Source: Trichomonas gallinae (lineage: Eukaryota). Taken from it: DNA of 32,907 nucleotides. The stretch lies in the NCBI GenBank assembly GCA_008369845.1, contig MRSU01010452.1, positions 62,001 to 94,907 on the forward strand. The letters run 5' to 3'. Shown here in pieces: positions 11,301 to 20,110 of the stretch (its first letter is position 1; each line of letters starts with the position of its first letter). A model generated the notes under the pieces. That model was not told where the DNA came from. It worked only from the letters and a program-made list of their open reading frames with translations, and ran no database searches. Both the position numbers and the translations under genes were made by a program.

Positions 11301-11380
11301 TTCTTTTTATCATCAAATTCAAAGAGAGGAAATTGCTGAAAAATCACTTTGACACAAGTTTACTCTTTGAAGTTAATTAA
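8369..11380 (+). CDS. Large single-pass (type I) surface protein, 1003 aa
   Basis: Asn/Ile-rich beta-type ectodomain with spaced Cys (VCLD..C near the N-terminus, echoed by ICYG..LCP near residue 490). TM segment IGIIAGSVVGGITIFLGVLLFII, then a basic stretch and a short tail containing DTSLL. Confidence 0.85.
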   Translation: MFNRIFLARSEDVFVCLDTTYEFSSCKNDTYTTISTIDELYQISEQKSQHLNMIVYNYDINKGNIDLSRLNTDILRIRGNDSKLQFTDVKHSSINRLELHSLTIDCDSCTIKLPQGATIRNVSFLSDVEIQADYDFETDYYTMTSIRNITTRTIEIFDDFEIIPQKQLKRTIVDIKSSASIHVSKSSMRSQINNTEFIIQSINNNFEANFHISKQAQLIYDVYGPNAYLDMQIISNSLTTQAIKVTKHATCKFAENSLKLSSMLDVDDGTVILESPRYGSRIYFESSVNATLINSKTDIYVLQFINTNVLFNCPKDFVISPHITNFHQNATISSLEGLMFHTSEANFNGKNIKICENIDFKVGTNIKSFQSNPVLYNIKTMPYTTFSLLLDFETNDTAFHFKKPIEIYPWDITMKYFEDRLPSDDIINNNINKSFFALCAPNNICQDHKFTINSDKNGLQFSGLCQIVDDEYCIGGSYSQNQKLVDLSICYGSNESLCPKNSYSYFFTDLNSSKIVNYFTEATKNFTIYLLEKLKTNMYFINSGSIPINFNVYSCTNSNIELLLNEYTQDIQKFEKIYLQNIKLTIRLNHNKENYSFTDVILRQGASIGFDHSAHPVIVNFTKLKYFDCDFQSYLKQNTFNDLVLRCQLSSPHPYVFKVELKSLKINQSFISLDKIEKTEFYYINRMDHQTLSFSVALGTMESPRINFIGNYSIVKLEFDDSFENYAAVNLFHFNNFQRIDLCSKSTNIPAAFINIKRISFVNILNEAHLNSIYISDNIYLNANKNPTKESRIFIHNTKIVGIANIKSEIDQVTQVAFCNIDTSELDKFIAINVKMEGYMELTPNAAVSFHKCDITDLIIGTQSLGSKIASINLKSVEEMETRPPEAIYMSIDPTNIDKTTEWVVVNTVTKSLAEMWEKVVIIEQKEIFIDGQKYFPKVVSTTDLVKVVLIAASNMKNMIGIIAGSVVGGITIFLGVLLFIIKFKERKLLKNHFDTSLLFEVN

Positions 11381-11986
11381 TTATTTTTTATTTTTGTTAG
11401 TATAATAAATTGTAAGTAATATATGTATAATATAACACAATATCGTTATTTTTATCATATTACTGACAAAATACCATAGAGTACAAAAATTTGATTAATA
11501 TTTTCTTATCAATAGTGTTATATTATGCATGACACGAATTTTCTAATACAATACAAAATATTAACAATATTATTTCCATTAGATAGTTATCATACGCTTA
11601 AATATAATAAATTGTTCAAATAATATTCCTTATAATGACAATATATAACTGAGTTAAATAAGCATAAAAGAAATAAAATAATATTATTAGTTTATATAAC
11701 TAGAAATATTGATAATTTCATGAAAATCTAATTAGAAACCAAGATTAACAAAGAATGGCATAAAATGACAATTATATATACCAGTGATTGAAACAATGAG
11801 ATTTTATTATTGAAGAGATTGAATTTAATATTAAAATGTTATTTTTCTGTTTGCTTGATGAAAACAGTAATATAAGGGATAAAAAGGTAATAGATGAAGT
11901 ATAAACATAAAATGAAGCCGAGTGACAAAAAAATAGAAAATATTTGACAGTGTCAAAAAATTAAAAATTGACAAATAGAGATAAAA

Positions 11987-13186
11987 ATGACGACGAGTGT
12001 TTATTTAGATGGTGCGATTCTTTTGAAGGTTGCATCATCAATGTCAAGCATGCCTATTAAGTTCTACCCAGAAGAAATACACAATGATCCACAAATAGAA
12101 ACAATTTTAACAAATTCGCTCGCAAAATTTAATGACGAGATGATTTTTTGCTATACATTAGATCACAGGATTGCGTTTGCATACTCATTCTGCGTCAATG
12201 AAGAAAATTACTCTATTTCTCTAATAACGAAATTTAAATATCCGAAATTATTCATTACTTTTTTCGAAGAAATGTCATCACACTTTAAAGAATCAGAAAC
12301 ATCGATGTCTCCAGAGGATATGTTTGACATTATGATTAATACTTTTCCAAGTTGGTCAAACTTCCAATTTGAAAGACTTGATGAGATGGAATTTACTAGG
12401 AGATATGCACATCTTAAGACTCCTGACCAATATTTTGCAGATTTTGATCCCTATGACCATTTTACTAGTTTTGAATCTATAAATAAGGCTTGGAAAGCAT
12501 TATTCCTCGGAACCGGACTTCTTATTGTGGCAAATGGACCAGAACACCTTATTGATGCGGCTTTTTCAGCAATGTCAATCATTTCACCTTTTAATTTTGA
12601 AGGAGAGTTGTTTATTTCGGCGTGCGAATTCGACTGGAGACTTGATGATATGGCAAAATATGAACTCGTTGTTGTCCTTCCTGGCGCAATAAAGTATTTA
12701 AAACGAAAATTCAATGTAGCATTGAAACATTCGCCTGTTGGAGCTGATTTTAGCGGATCAAGGATGAGACTGCTAGAAAGGACAAAGAAAATGGATGATA
12801 TTCTCACATATTTAATGGATCGAGTTTTAAGCTTGAATCCATTCAACGACATGCTAGAAGGACCATATGTTAACGACTCACTTGAACAGGAAATGAATCC
12901 AAAACATCAAAAAACCGCTTTACAACCAGATCAATTTCGAATTGTCGAGCAAACGCTAACAATAAGAAAATGGCGCGAATCCATCCAGTTTAGGGATACT
13001 TTCCGCGACAATTTTCTGTCTTGCGTTCCAAAAAGAGTGATTGATGCTCTCAGCCTTGATCACGTTAAGAAACTACCTATTTTCTTAGACAAAATCGACG
13101 AAAGGTTCAAAGAGGACTCGCATATGCATGCAGTCGTTAAACAATATAGAAAAGAGATTCAATCAGTATTAGAAGCTTTTAATTAA
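11987..13186 (+). CDS. DENN-like (DENND6/FAM116-like) putative Rab GEF
   Basis: YSISLITKFKYPKLF and AWKALFLGTGLLIVANGP..AAFSAMSIISPFNFEG resemble the recalled DENND6 core (LWELVLLGEPLVV..ISPL.Y). The ORF is clear; the family call is tentative. Confidence 0.6.
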   Translation: MTTSVYLDGAILLKVASSMSSMPIKFYPEEIHNDPQIETILTNSLAKFNDEMIFCYTLDHRIAFAYSFCVNEENYSISLITKFKYPKLFITFFEEMSSHFKESETSMSPEDMFDIMINTFPSWSNFQFERLDEMEFTRRYAHLKTPDQYFADFDPYDHFTSFESINKAWKALFLGTGLLIVANGPEHLIDAAFSAMSIISPFNFEGELFISACEFDWRLDDMAKYELVVVLPGAIKYLKRKFNVALKHSPVGADFSGSRMRLLERTKKMDDILTYLMDRVLSLNPFNDMLEGPYVNDSLEQEMNPKHQKTALQPDQFRIVEQTLTIRKWRESIQFRDTFRDNFLSCVPKRVIDALSLDHVKKLPIFLDKIDERFKEDSHMHAVVKQYRKEIQSVLEAFN

Positions 13187-13253
13187 TATGTTCTTATTTA
13201 AAAAATTAGTTGTAAGTAATAATAAATATTAGTTTGTGTTTTTAAATGCATTT

Positions 13254-13898
13254 TTATTGATCCCATGTGCCTTCAACAATTTCCCAGCTTGGACTGATTT
13301 CTTCTGGCTCCAAACGATTGATGCCATCCTGGCTGATAGTAACAAATTCGACCTTTCCGTTGGCGATTGTAGTTCTAGCGTTAACAGCTCTAAAGACTTC
13401 TGTGATACCTTTCTTAACATCTTCGAAGCTTCCATTAGCAACTTCGGAGACCTGAAGACCCTGCAAATACTTACCCATGCCTGTTCCGAGATAATCTGTT
13501 TCCCAGGAGGCACCATATGGATCTGTGCAAGCTAAGAACTTACTACCGTCTGGATTAAGGCCAGCAACAACAACTCTGCAGCTGAATGGTTGCATTTTAG
13601 AGCGGCGCTGATACATTAAGCGTTTTATGTAAGTATGAACTTCTGATGGTGTTAAAAATTCGCCATTATGCTTGCATTGTTCTTGAAGAATAATATTCTT
13701 GATGATATCTATTAATTGCTGAAAGTCTGCAAACTCGCCTGTTGCTCCGATAATGATTTTTGGCGCAACTTCGACGAAGTGAGAGACATTGCTATATCTA
13801 AACATGGAGCCATATGTGATGGACATGTCTGAGGCAAGGAGAATGCCGCCGTCGTACTTCGAGGCGACAATAGCTCCGCTTGATGTGATTACTTGCAT
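13254..13898 (-). CDS. PSMB4: 20S proteasome subunit beta type 7 (PSMB4/Pre4)
   Basis: IVASKYDGGILLASD..YGSM.RY, GATGEFADFQ, MYQRRSKMQP and a terminal W-x-I motif. No catalytic N-terminal Thr. Confidence 0.93.
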   Translation of the reverse strand: MQVITSSGAIVASKYDGGILLASDMSITYGSMFRYSNVSHFVEVAPKIIIGATGEFADFQQLIDIIKNIILQEQCKHNGEFLTPSEVHTYIKRLMYQRRSKMQPFSCRVVVAGLNPDGSKFLACTDPYGASWETDYLGTGMGKYLQGLQVSEVANGSFEDVKKGITEVFRAVNARTTIANGKVEFVTISQDGINRLEPEEISPSWEIVEGTWDQ

Positions 13899-13940
13899 TT
13901 AGTTATAATTCTTCAAACAGACCTTCTCAATTTATTTTTT

Positions 13941-14720
13941 TGGCCTATTAGACCAACTATCAAAATTGGGCTGTTTTTGGCCTCTTTATTATGTGTATTA
14001 ATCATTTATTTCATCAAAATGCCATGAAGTCATATGATAGAATTTTTTTTTGATAAATTATTTAGTGTGATCATTTTCTAGTTGTAAAATAGCTTGATTT
14101 TCAATAATACTGATATTCTTTTGTTGTACATATGTTTTTCCACATGATCTATTTTTTGATTCGATATCATGCCTAATAGATCAATTAATTATCAAAATTG
14201 TGCTATTTTTGGCTACTTTATTGGGTGTATTCACCATTTATTTCATCAAAATGTCAATTGATAGAATTATTTTTTGATTATTCGCTAATTGAAACTATTT
14301 TCTAGTTGATACATAGTCTAGTTCTCAGTAACACTGATATTCTTTTGTTGTACTTATGTTTTTCCATATGATCTATTTTTTGATTCGATTTACTTTTACT
14401 AGTTCATTTTCTAGTTATTAAATTGCAAGTAATAGTTTATCATGCATATATTTGCTTTGCCAAACGAAAGCACAAATTATATATGAAATGTATGTTGAAT
14501 TGATTGTTATCATACTTCTCTAATTGTAAAATAACTCAATTTTCAGTGCTTCTTATAAATTTTTGCGTTGTATATGTTATTCCATATAATCTATTTTTCT
14601 TTTGATATTATTTAGGTCTAATAAATCAACTATCAAAATATGTGTAGTTTTTGGACTATTTATGTGTATTCATCATTTATTTTATTAAAAAACAATGAAG
14701 TAATTTGATAAAATTAATTT
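13941..14720. repeat. Degenerate ~230-nt tandem duplication (about 3-3.5 copies) in a divergent intergenic region
   Basis: YTATCAAAAT..G...TTTTTGG...TGTATT.A.CATTTATTT recurs near 13957, 14189 and 14630. CTGATATTCTTTTGTTGTAC.TATGTTTTTCCA.ATGATCTATTTTTTGATTCGAT recurs near 14110 and 14334, with a weaker copy near 14560. Confidence 0.85.
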
Positions 14721-14945
14721 TAATCATTTTGTTCATTAATATCATTTTGTAATTGTAAAATGACATGTGATAGTTGTTTACTATACATATACTTGCTTTG
14801 CAAAGTACATGATACAATATTAATTGAATCTCATGCATAAGAAGTTTTTTACGTGACAAAATATTAATTTTACGTGACAAAAATAAATGAAAGGTTTACA
14901 AATTTTGATGCATCATCTAATTAAAATAATTTATTGGGCCGAAAA

Positions 14946-16514
14946 ATGTCTGTTTATCCAGAATATGGCTTTCCAACTCTGATACTACCTCCAAAGACAC
15001 ATAACAAGAAGATCCTTCCACGTCTTGACTGCGAAGGACTCGATGACATCCCATTTGAAACAGTTATTCTCCCTCAGACAAATTTTGTTTCCATAGAAAC
15101 AATTTTTGATGAAGAAGACCTACTCGAACTTGAAGATGAAATCAAATACAATTTATTGCCAATTGGAAACAAATCATGTTCCTGGCTAGAGGTTCCTATC
15201 ATCGAATTTCATGAAATTTCAATTCTTGAACAAAATCAATCAATTGACCTTGCATTACTGGAATATGAGACATTTAAGACGCATGAGTACATTGGTAGCC
15301 ATCTTAGTTTACTGAAATCAAAGAAATTACAAGCTTTTCTAGATATCCCAATTGATTTTCAATATCTCGTAAATGATGATCATCCATTGAAACAAGATTC
15401 AGACAAGATGCTCAATATCTATGTATTTGATGATACGCCTCCAAATATTTCTCAAAATCGATCAAATATTTTGCTTAAGAACATTGAAACAAAGAACAGC
15501 AAGTATAATGCAACAAAAAAGAATACAACGAATTCATTATCACAAAAAGATGAGTTAGTATTAGCAAAACCAAAAATTACATTCTATAACTCGGTTGAGG
15601 ACGTCAAAAAAGACGATCAGAAGTATGCTACGACAGCAGAGACAGTTAATCAATATGATGATATTAAAATTTTATTATCAAAGGGTATTTCATCAAAAGA
15701 AGTTACTGTTAAGAGGAAAAATACAAATATGGAGGCATCCAAAGAACCAAAATTGACTCAAAAACGCAATGATGAATTCACTAATCAAATTGAAGCCCAA
15801 TCACAATCAAAATCATCTTTATTTCCAGAACCACAAGGAAAAGAGCAAGATTTTGATATTCAAGAATCGCAACCAGAAAAAAATCCTGAAATTATTCAAC
15901 AAGATACTAAAATATCTGATTTGACAGCACCATGCATTGTCTGTGATAAATCATTTGAACATGATGAAGTTTTCCTAGATATTTTCAAAGATTGTCGAAT
16001 ATTATTTAGATCTATCAATGATCATCAAATTGAGCTCTCCCCCAAAGAATGTGTCATATTCAGAGACATATCAGTCAAAACAGTATCAAACAGTTTAAGT
16101 GTTTTTGACAAGATTTATATATTTGCTGTTGGCAACTGCAAAGATGCAATGTCTTATGCAACCGTCCCAAGATTGTTTTTAAGACAAGTTCAAAATGAAA
16201 GGGATGCCTTTATGATCATCAGATCTATGGCAAAACCACTTGAAGTTACAAATGAAGGAGAGACTCTCTTTGAATACTGTTTGTCGTTATTTCCGTGTGT
16301 TCCAAGGACAGTTGCATTGGACTGGCTGCAGAAAGGCAATCCAATATCAGATCCAAACTGCATCTCAAAGTTCGATGTTTGTTCATACATGTTCCAGATC
16401 GTCCTCGATTCCAAGATATACTTGCAATCAGGCGAAAAAGCTAAAAATCCATCTGTAAAGAGAATAGAAGCAAATGTCGCCAAGAAGATGCGCAGAAAAA
16501 AGACAATCAAATGA
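14946..16514 (+). CDS. Protein with a C-terminal XPF/ERCC4-like plus HhH-like region; SHOC1/Zip2-like candidate
   Basis: First ATG at 14946 (AAAAATG), low-complexity middle, and C-terminal IELSPKECVIF and ETLFEYCLSLFPCVPRTVALDWLQKG resembling recalled SHOC1 motifs. The ORF is secure; the family call is tentative. Confidence 0.5.
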   Translation: MSVYPEYGFPTLILPPKTHNKKILPRLDCEGLDDIPFETVILPQTNFVSIETIFDEEDLLELEDEIKYNLLPIGNKSCSWLEVPIIEFHEISILEQNQSIDLALLEYETFKTHEYIGSHLSLLKSKKLQAFLDIPIDFQYLVNDDHPLKQDSDKMLNIYVFDDTPPNISQNRSNILLKNIETKNSKYNATKKNTTNSLSQKDELVLAKPKITFYNSVEDVKKDDQKYATTAETVNQYDDIKILLSKGISSKEVTVKRKNTNMEASKEPKLTQKRNDEFTNQIEAQSQSKSSLFPEPQGKEQDFDIQESQPEKNPEIIQQDTKISDLTAPCIVCDKSFEHDEVFLDIFKDCRILFRSINDHQIELSPKECVIFRDISVKTVSNSLSVFDKIYIFAVGNCKDAMSYATVPRLFLRQVQNERDAFMIIRSMAKPLEVTNEGETLFEYCLSLFPCVPRTVALDWLQKGNPISDPNCISKFDVCSYMFQIVLDSKIYLQSGEKAKNPSVKRIEANVAKKMRRKKTIK

Positions 16515-16688
16515 TTCTATAAAACCTCTTGAAAGCATCAATGCACAAGCCAATAATTTGGCACATATCAGTATTAACTCATAAACAAAAAATATATGAA
16601 TTGATTTTCTTGGAATCCAATAGTTTCATACTTATATATAAATGCCTATCTAATAAAATCTATCTTTTACTAAAACTTGTTGACAAAT

Positions 16689-17411
16689 TTAATTGTAAGA
16701 TGAAAAAATACAATTATTAATTTTGAGATTCTTAGCAACATATGTGGCGTTATTGAGATGTTCATCGGAGTCAATCTTATTCAATATAGGAATGAATCGG
16801 CATTTCACATTTTTCATTTGGCCATTTTCGCTTTCAAGTGTATATGCAATATCTTTGTCATCGATGATCTCTTCTTCAGTTTTATGAAGCACTTCCATGG
16901 CTGTTGGCGCTCTATGACAAACATCAATCAATCTTTTTCCAAAACAATCCATTCCAGCTACTCCAATCACTAAAGTGCTTCGGGTGTGAAGAACTGGTTC
17001 ATGGCTTTGCGGGAATTTGAGCGGAAGCTGTCTCGATCCATCGGCCTCAATCACTAAATAGTCGCAAACAGAATCCAGCAAGTCAAAAACTGCTGGATCT
17101 GGTGGACCCATCTTGTTCGGACCAATCCTTGATCCAACTATAACTAATGAACCGTTTAATAAATTCTTGATCTCTTCGATGTCTTTTCCTTCATAAACTG
17201 GTTGCTTTGGATACATCATCGCAGTGGTTGTGCATAGGATGACTTTCTTATTGAGTTTTAGTAACTCATTCGATATTTCGTAAACAGTATGTGTTTTTCC
17301 GCCTCCTCCAACTACCGAAATGACCTCATGAGGACCCAGGTTCAATAGAGGGACAAGTTCAGGTGATGTTGATATTTCTTGTGTTTGATGGTTGAAAAAC
17401 CAAAATCTCAT
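16689..17411 (-). CDS. yqeC: Selenium-cofactor (selenium-dependent molybdenum hydroxylase) accessory protein YqeC
   Basis: VISVVGGGGKT, VILCTTT.M..P, DYLVIEADGSRQLPLKFPQSHEPV, VIGVAGMDCFGK and ILNKID form the characteristic YqeC motif series. First ATG at 17411. Confidence 0.9.
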   Translation of the reverse strand: MRFWFFNHQTQEISTSPELVPLLNLGPHEVISVVGGGGKTHTVYEISNELLKLNKKVILCTTTAMMYPKQPVYEGKDIEEIKNLLNGSLVIVGSRIGPNKMGPPDPAVFDLLDSVCDYLVIEADGSRQLPLKFPQSHEPVLHTRSTLVIGVAGMDCFGKRLIDVCHRAPTAMEVLHKTEEEIIDDKDIAYTLESENGQMKNVKCRFIPILNKIDSDEHLNNATYVAKNLKINNCIFSSYN

Positions 17412-17483
17412 CGTTTTCAATCTGCTTTTTTACGAAAATTTTGCCACAATCAAAAATATAACCTTATTCATTCAAAAATTAAT

Positions 17484-17618
17484 TTTACGTGGCAAAATTT
17501 ACTATTTACATGATATAAATCTTTTTTTACATGCCAAAAATCATATTTACGTGGCATTTTATTTATTTACATGACATAATAAATTTTTACAGGACAAAAT
17601 AAATATTTACGTGGCAAA
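17484..17618 (+). promoter_or_regulatory. Array of seven TTTACRTGNCA-like motifs at 20-21-nt spacing upstream of yqeC
   Basis: Copies start at 17484, 17505, 17526, 17546, 17566, 17586 and 17606. The regulatory role is inferred. Confidence 0.65.
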
Positions 17619-18210
17619 ATTAAAAATTCAGAGGAAAAATGATCGCTGTTGGCATTTCTTATCTATGGTAATGCATAACCGATGTCAACCTCTTTTATGT
17701 CTTATAGAGCATTAACAACTGTACCATTATAATGCTGTTCTCCAACAATTGGTTGTGTTTTTCTAAACTTAATGTGAATTTTATATATATATATGAGGTA
17801 TCTGAAACTGAAAATCAAATATTAGGAAGTCTACATATAAGGGCAGCACGCAGTATAATATACATAATCATAATTTTATTTTTCATATTTCATCAAATTT
17901 CATATCTATTTTGTGATCAAAACAACATCCTAGATAAAATATACTGGTTATAAATAGGTCAAATGCATAGAAATAGAATATACTCATTGTTAATTTTGAT
18001 TTTGAATTTAATATTTGTTTCTTTTTAACATTATTTGTATTGAAACTTTTCATCTGATCAATTGTTATGATTAAATATTTAGTTAATGTAATTCCTTCGT
18101 GTTTGATAATTATATTTTATTTTATTATTTTTTATTAGAAGCTATTCGAACAAATTGAGGATATAACTATGTCAATAATCATATAAAAAACTGATTCCAA
18201 TCATTTTCTT

Positions 18211-19629
18211 TTGAAACGTGTTTCTTTATTTTGCGATGATATTGAATTCATCCGTAAAATACAGCAAATTAATGATAACATCACAAGATTTAGATCATTA
18301 AGAACAGATAATTTCAAGTTTATAAGCCAAAGTAAGCCGGAAATTGGATATGAATTAAATTTAGCTGATATAGAGGAGATTTTAAGACAATTGATCCAAT
18401 TCATAGATGGCAAAGATGGAAACAATGTTATGCAGATCCTTGGTAATTTGAAATTTCAACTTGATAAATTAGATATCTTGCAAACTGCAGCTATAAGTCT
18501 CATAATAGAAAGCAATATACTTACAAAGTTACAAGATTGCATCCAAATAGAAGATTTAAATGTTTTTGAATCAGCACTGCAATTTTACCAAGCGATTACT
18601 AGATTTTCTACGCAATTAACACACTTAATATTCATCAATGGAACAATAGAGAAGCTTTTTCAGATATTTAGTTCAATTAAATTGTCATATTCTAATTATT
18701 TATGCGTATTACACATATTCTCGAATGTATGCTTTGATGTTTCTGAAGCTCGAAGTTATTTATTTGGAAATAATATAATATCTTTACTTTGCAAAACATT
18801 AATCAGTATTGATGATAATTCAATCATTGAGTCGATTCTTTTGCTAGTAAACACGATTTTGATGGATGATGAAGTTGTTTCTAATGAAGATATATCTTCA
18901 ATCATCATACAGCATTTAATTTCAGCATCAATCAGATTTTGCGATTTAAACAGTCAAGATCCAATTTCCAGCGAATACATTTTATTCCTTGTACTGACAA
19001 TGATATCAAAACTAGCAATTAAACCATCAAACACTTCAATGATCATTTCATCAAACTTCTTAGCAATTCTATTCGAAATATTTCCTTCCATGTACGGAAG
19101 AACATACGACGAGTTCCTTTATATATTGGAGATGCTCATTAGATTAGATTCATCGCACATGATTATCAATCAAATGAGAGAGTCCTTTGATTTCGAAGTT
19201 TTAATTAAGTCTGAGTCTAAATCGATTTTCTCCCTTTTGAACGAAATTCTTGTATTTGATCAAGGACTTGCTGAGCATTTGCTGTCAATAGGAATACTGC
19301 CAATCCTTAGAAATGCAATCGAAGAAGGAGATTTTCACGAAAAACTTTCTTCCGCTCAAACTTTGTCTATAATTGTACAGAATGGCGATGAGAACCTTGT
19401 CGAATATGTTATAGAGAATGAGGAGGTGATTGAAACATTATTGGATTTCAGCAACTGCGAGCTCCCTGTTGGAAATTTGGAATACATAATGATGGCTTTG
19501 GAAAGAATCAAGCAGTCGCCGAATTTCAACGAAGGCTTGCAGTCATTATACGAAAACTACGACTTTGATGTAATTAGCACCGAAGTACATGAAAGAATAG
19601 CAAATTGCGAAGAAGAAGAGGTATCTTAA
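18211..19629 (+). CDS. ARM/HEAT-repeat (importin-alpha-like) protein; start uncertain
   Basis: 472-codon helical Leu/Ile-rich frame with IFSNVCFD..EARSYLF and EEGDFHEKLSSA. First ATG inside the open frame is at 18430; an upstream in-frame ATG at 18169 is cut off by TAA at 18184. Confidence 0.7.
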   Translation: MKRVSLFCDDIEFIRKIQQINDNITRFRSLRTDNFKFISQSKPEIGYELNLADIEEILRQLIQFIDGKDGNNVMQILGNLKFQLDKLDILQTAAISLIIESNILTKLQDCIQIEDLNVFESALQFYQAITRFSTQLTHLIFINGTIEKLFQIFSSIKLSYSNYLCVLHIFSNVCFDVSEARSYLFGNNIISLLCKTLISIDDNSIIESILLLVNTILMDDEVVSNEDISSIIIQHLISASIRFCDLNSQDPISSEYILFLVLTMISKLAIKPSNTSMIISSNFLAILFEIFPSMYGRTYDEFLYILEMLIRLDSSHMIINQMRESFDFEVLIKSESKSIFSLLNEILVFDQGLAEHLLSIGILPILRNAIEEGDFHEKLSSAQTLSIIVQNGDENLVEYVIENEEVIETLLDFSNCELPVGNLEYIMMALERIKQSPNFNEGLQSLYENYDFDVISTEVHERIANCEEEEVS

Positions 19630-20110
19630 ATTGTTTTTTATATTTTTAAATTAATTTTTCTTATTATTGTTATTGTCATCAGCAAATTATGTACAGAGAT
19701 TACAACAACAAATATCAAGCTTAAGATGCATATTATACATTTCTCAACTATTTTCTCCCTTTTCATTTTATGTATTTATTTGGAATATATAAGATTTTTC
19801 ATTATTTTTGTTGTTTCATTTAATAGCATGATGGTTGTGACATTGTCGAATATAAGATTGAATATAAAATTGCATTCAATATATCATAATTTTTCTCAAA
19901 AATTTTGATTGAACATCTTTAATTAATGCTGCAATTGTTTATCATAATAATTTTTGATTAGAGAACAATTTTGAGATCGGTGTATGGTGATTGATTTGTT
20001 GTTGATTTATGATGATTGATTTGTTGTGAGAACGAAAAATGATATGATTAATTTAAAATCACAAATTTAATCAAAAAAATAATAAAAAAGTAAAAAAATC
20101 TATTATCTAC

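Noticed and set aside
17484..17618. CRISPR-like repeat-spacer array
   Set aside because: Units are only ~20 nt and degenerate, there are no cas genes, and the context is eukaryotic.
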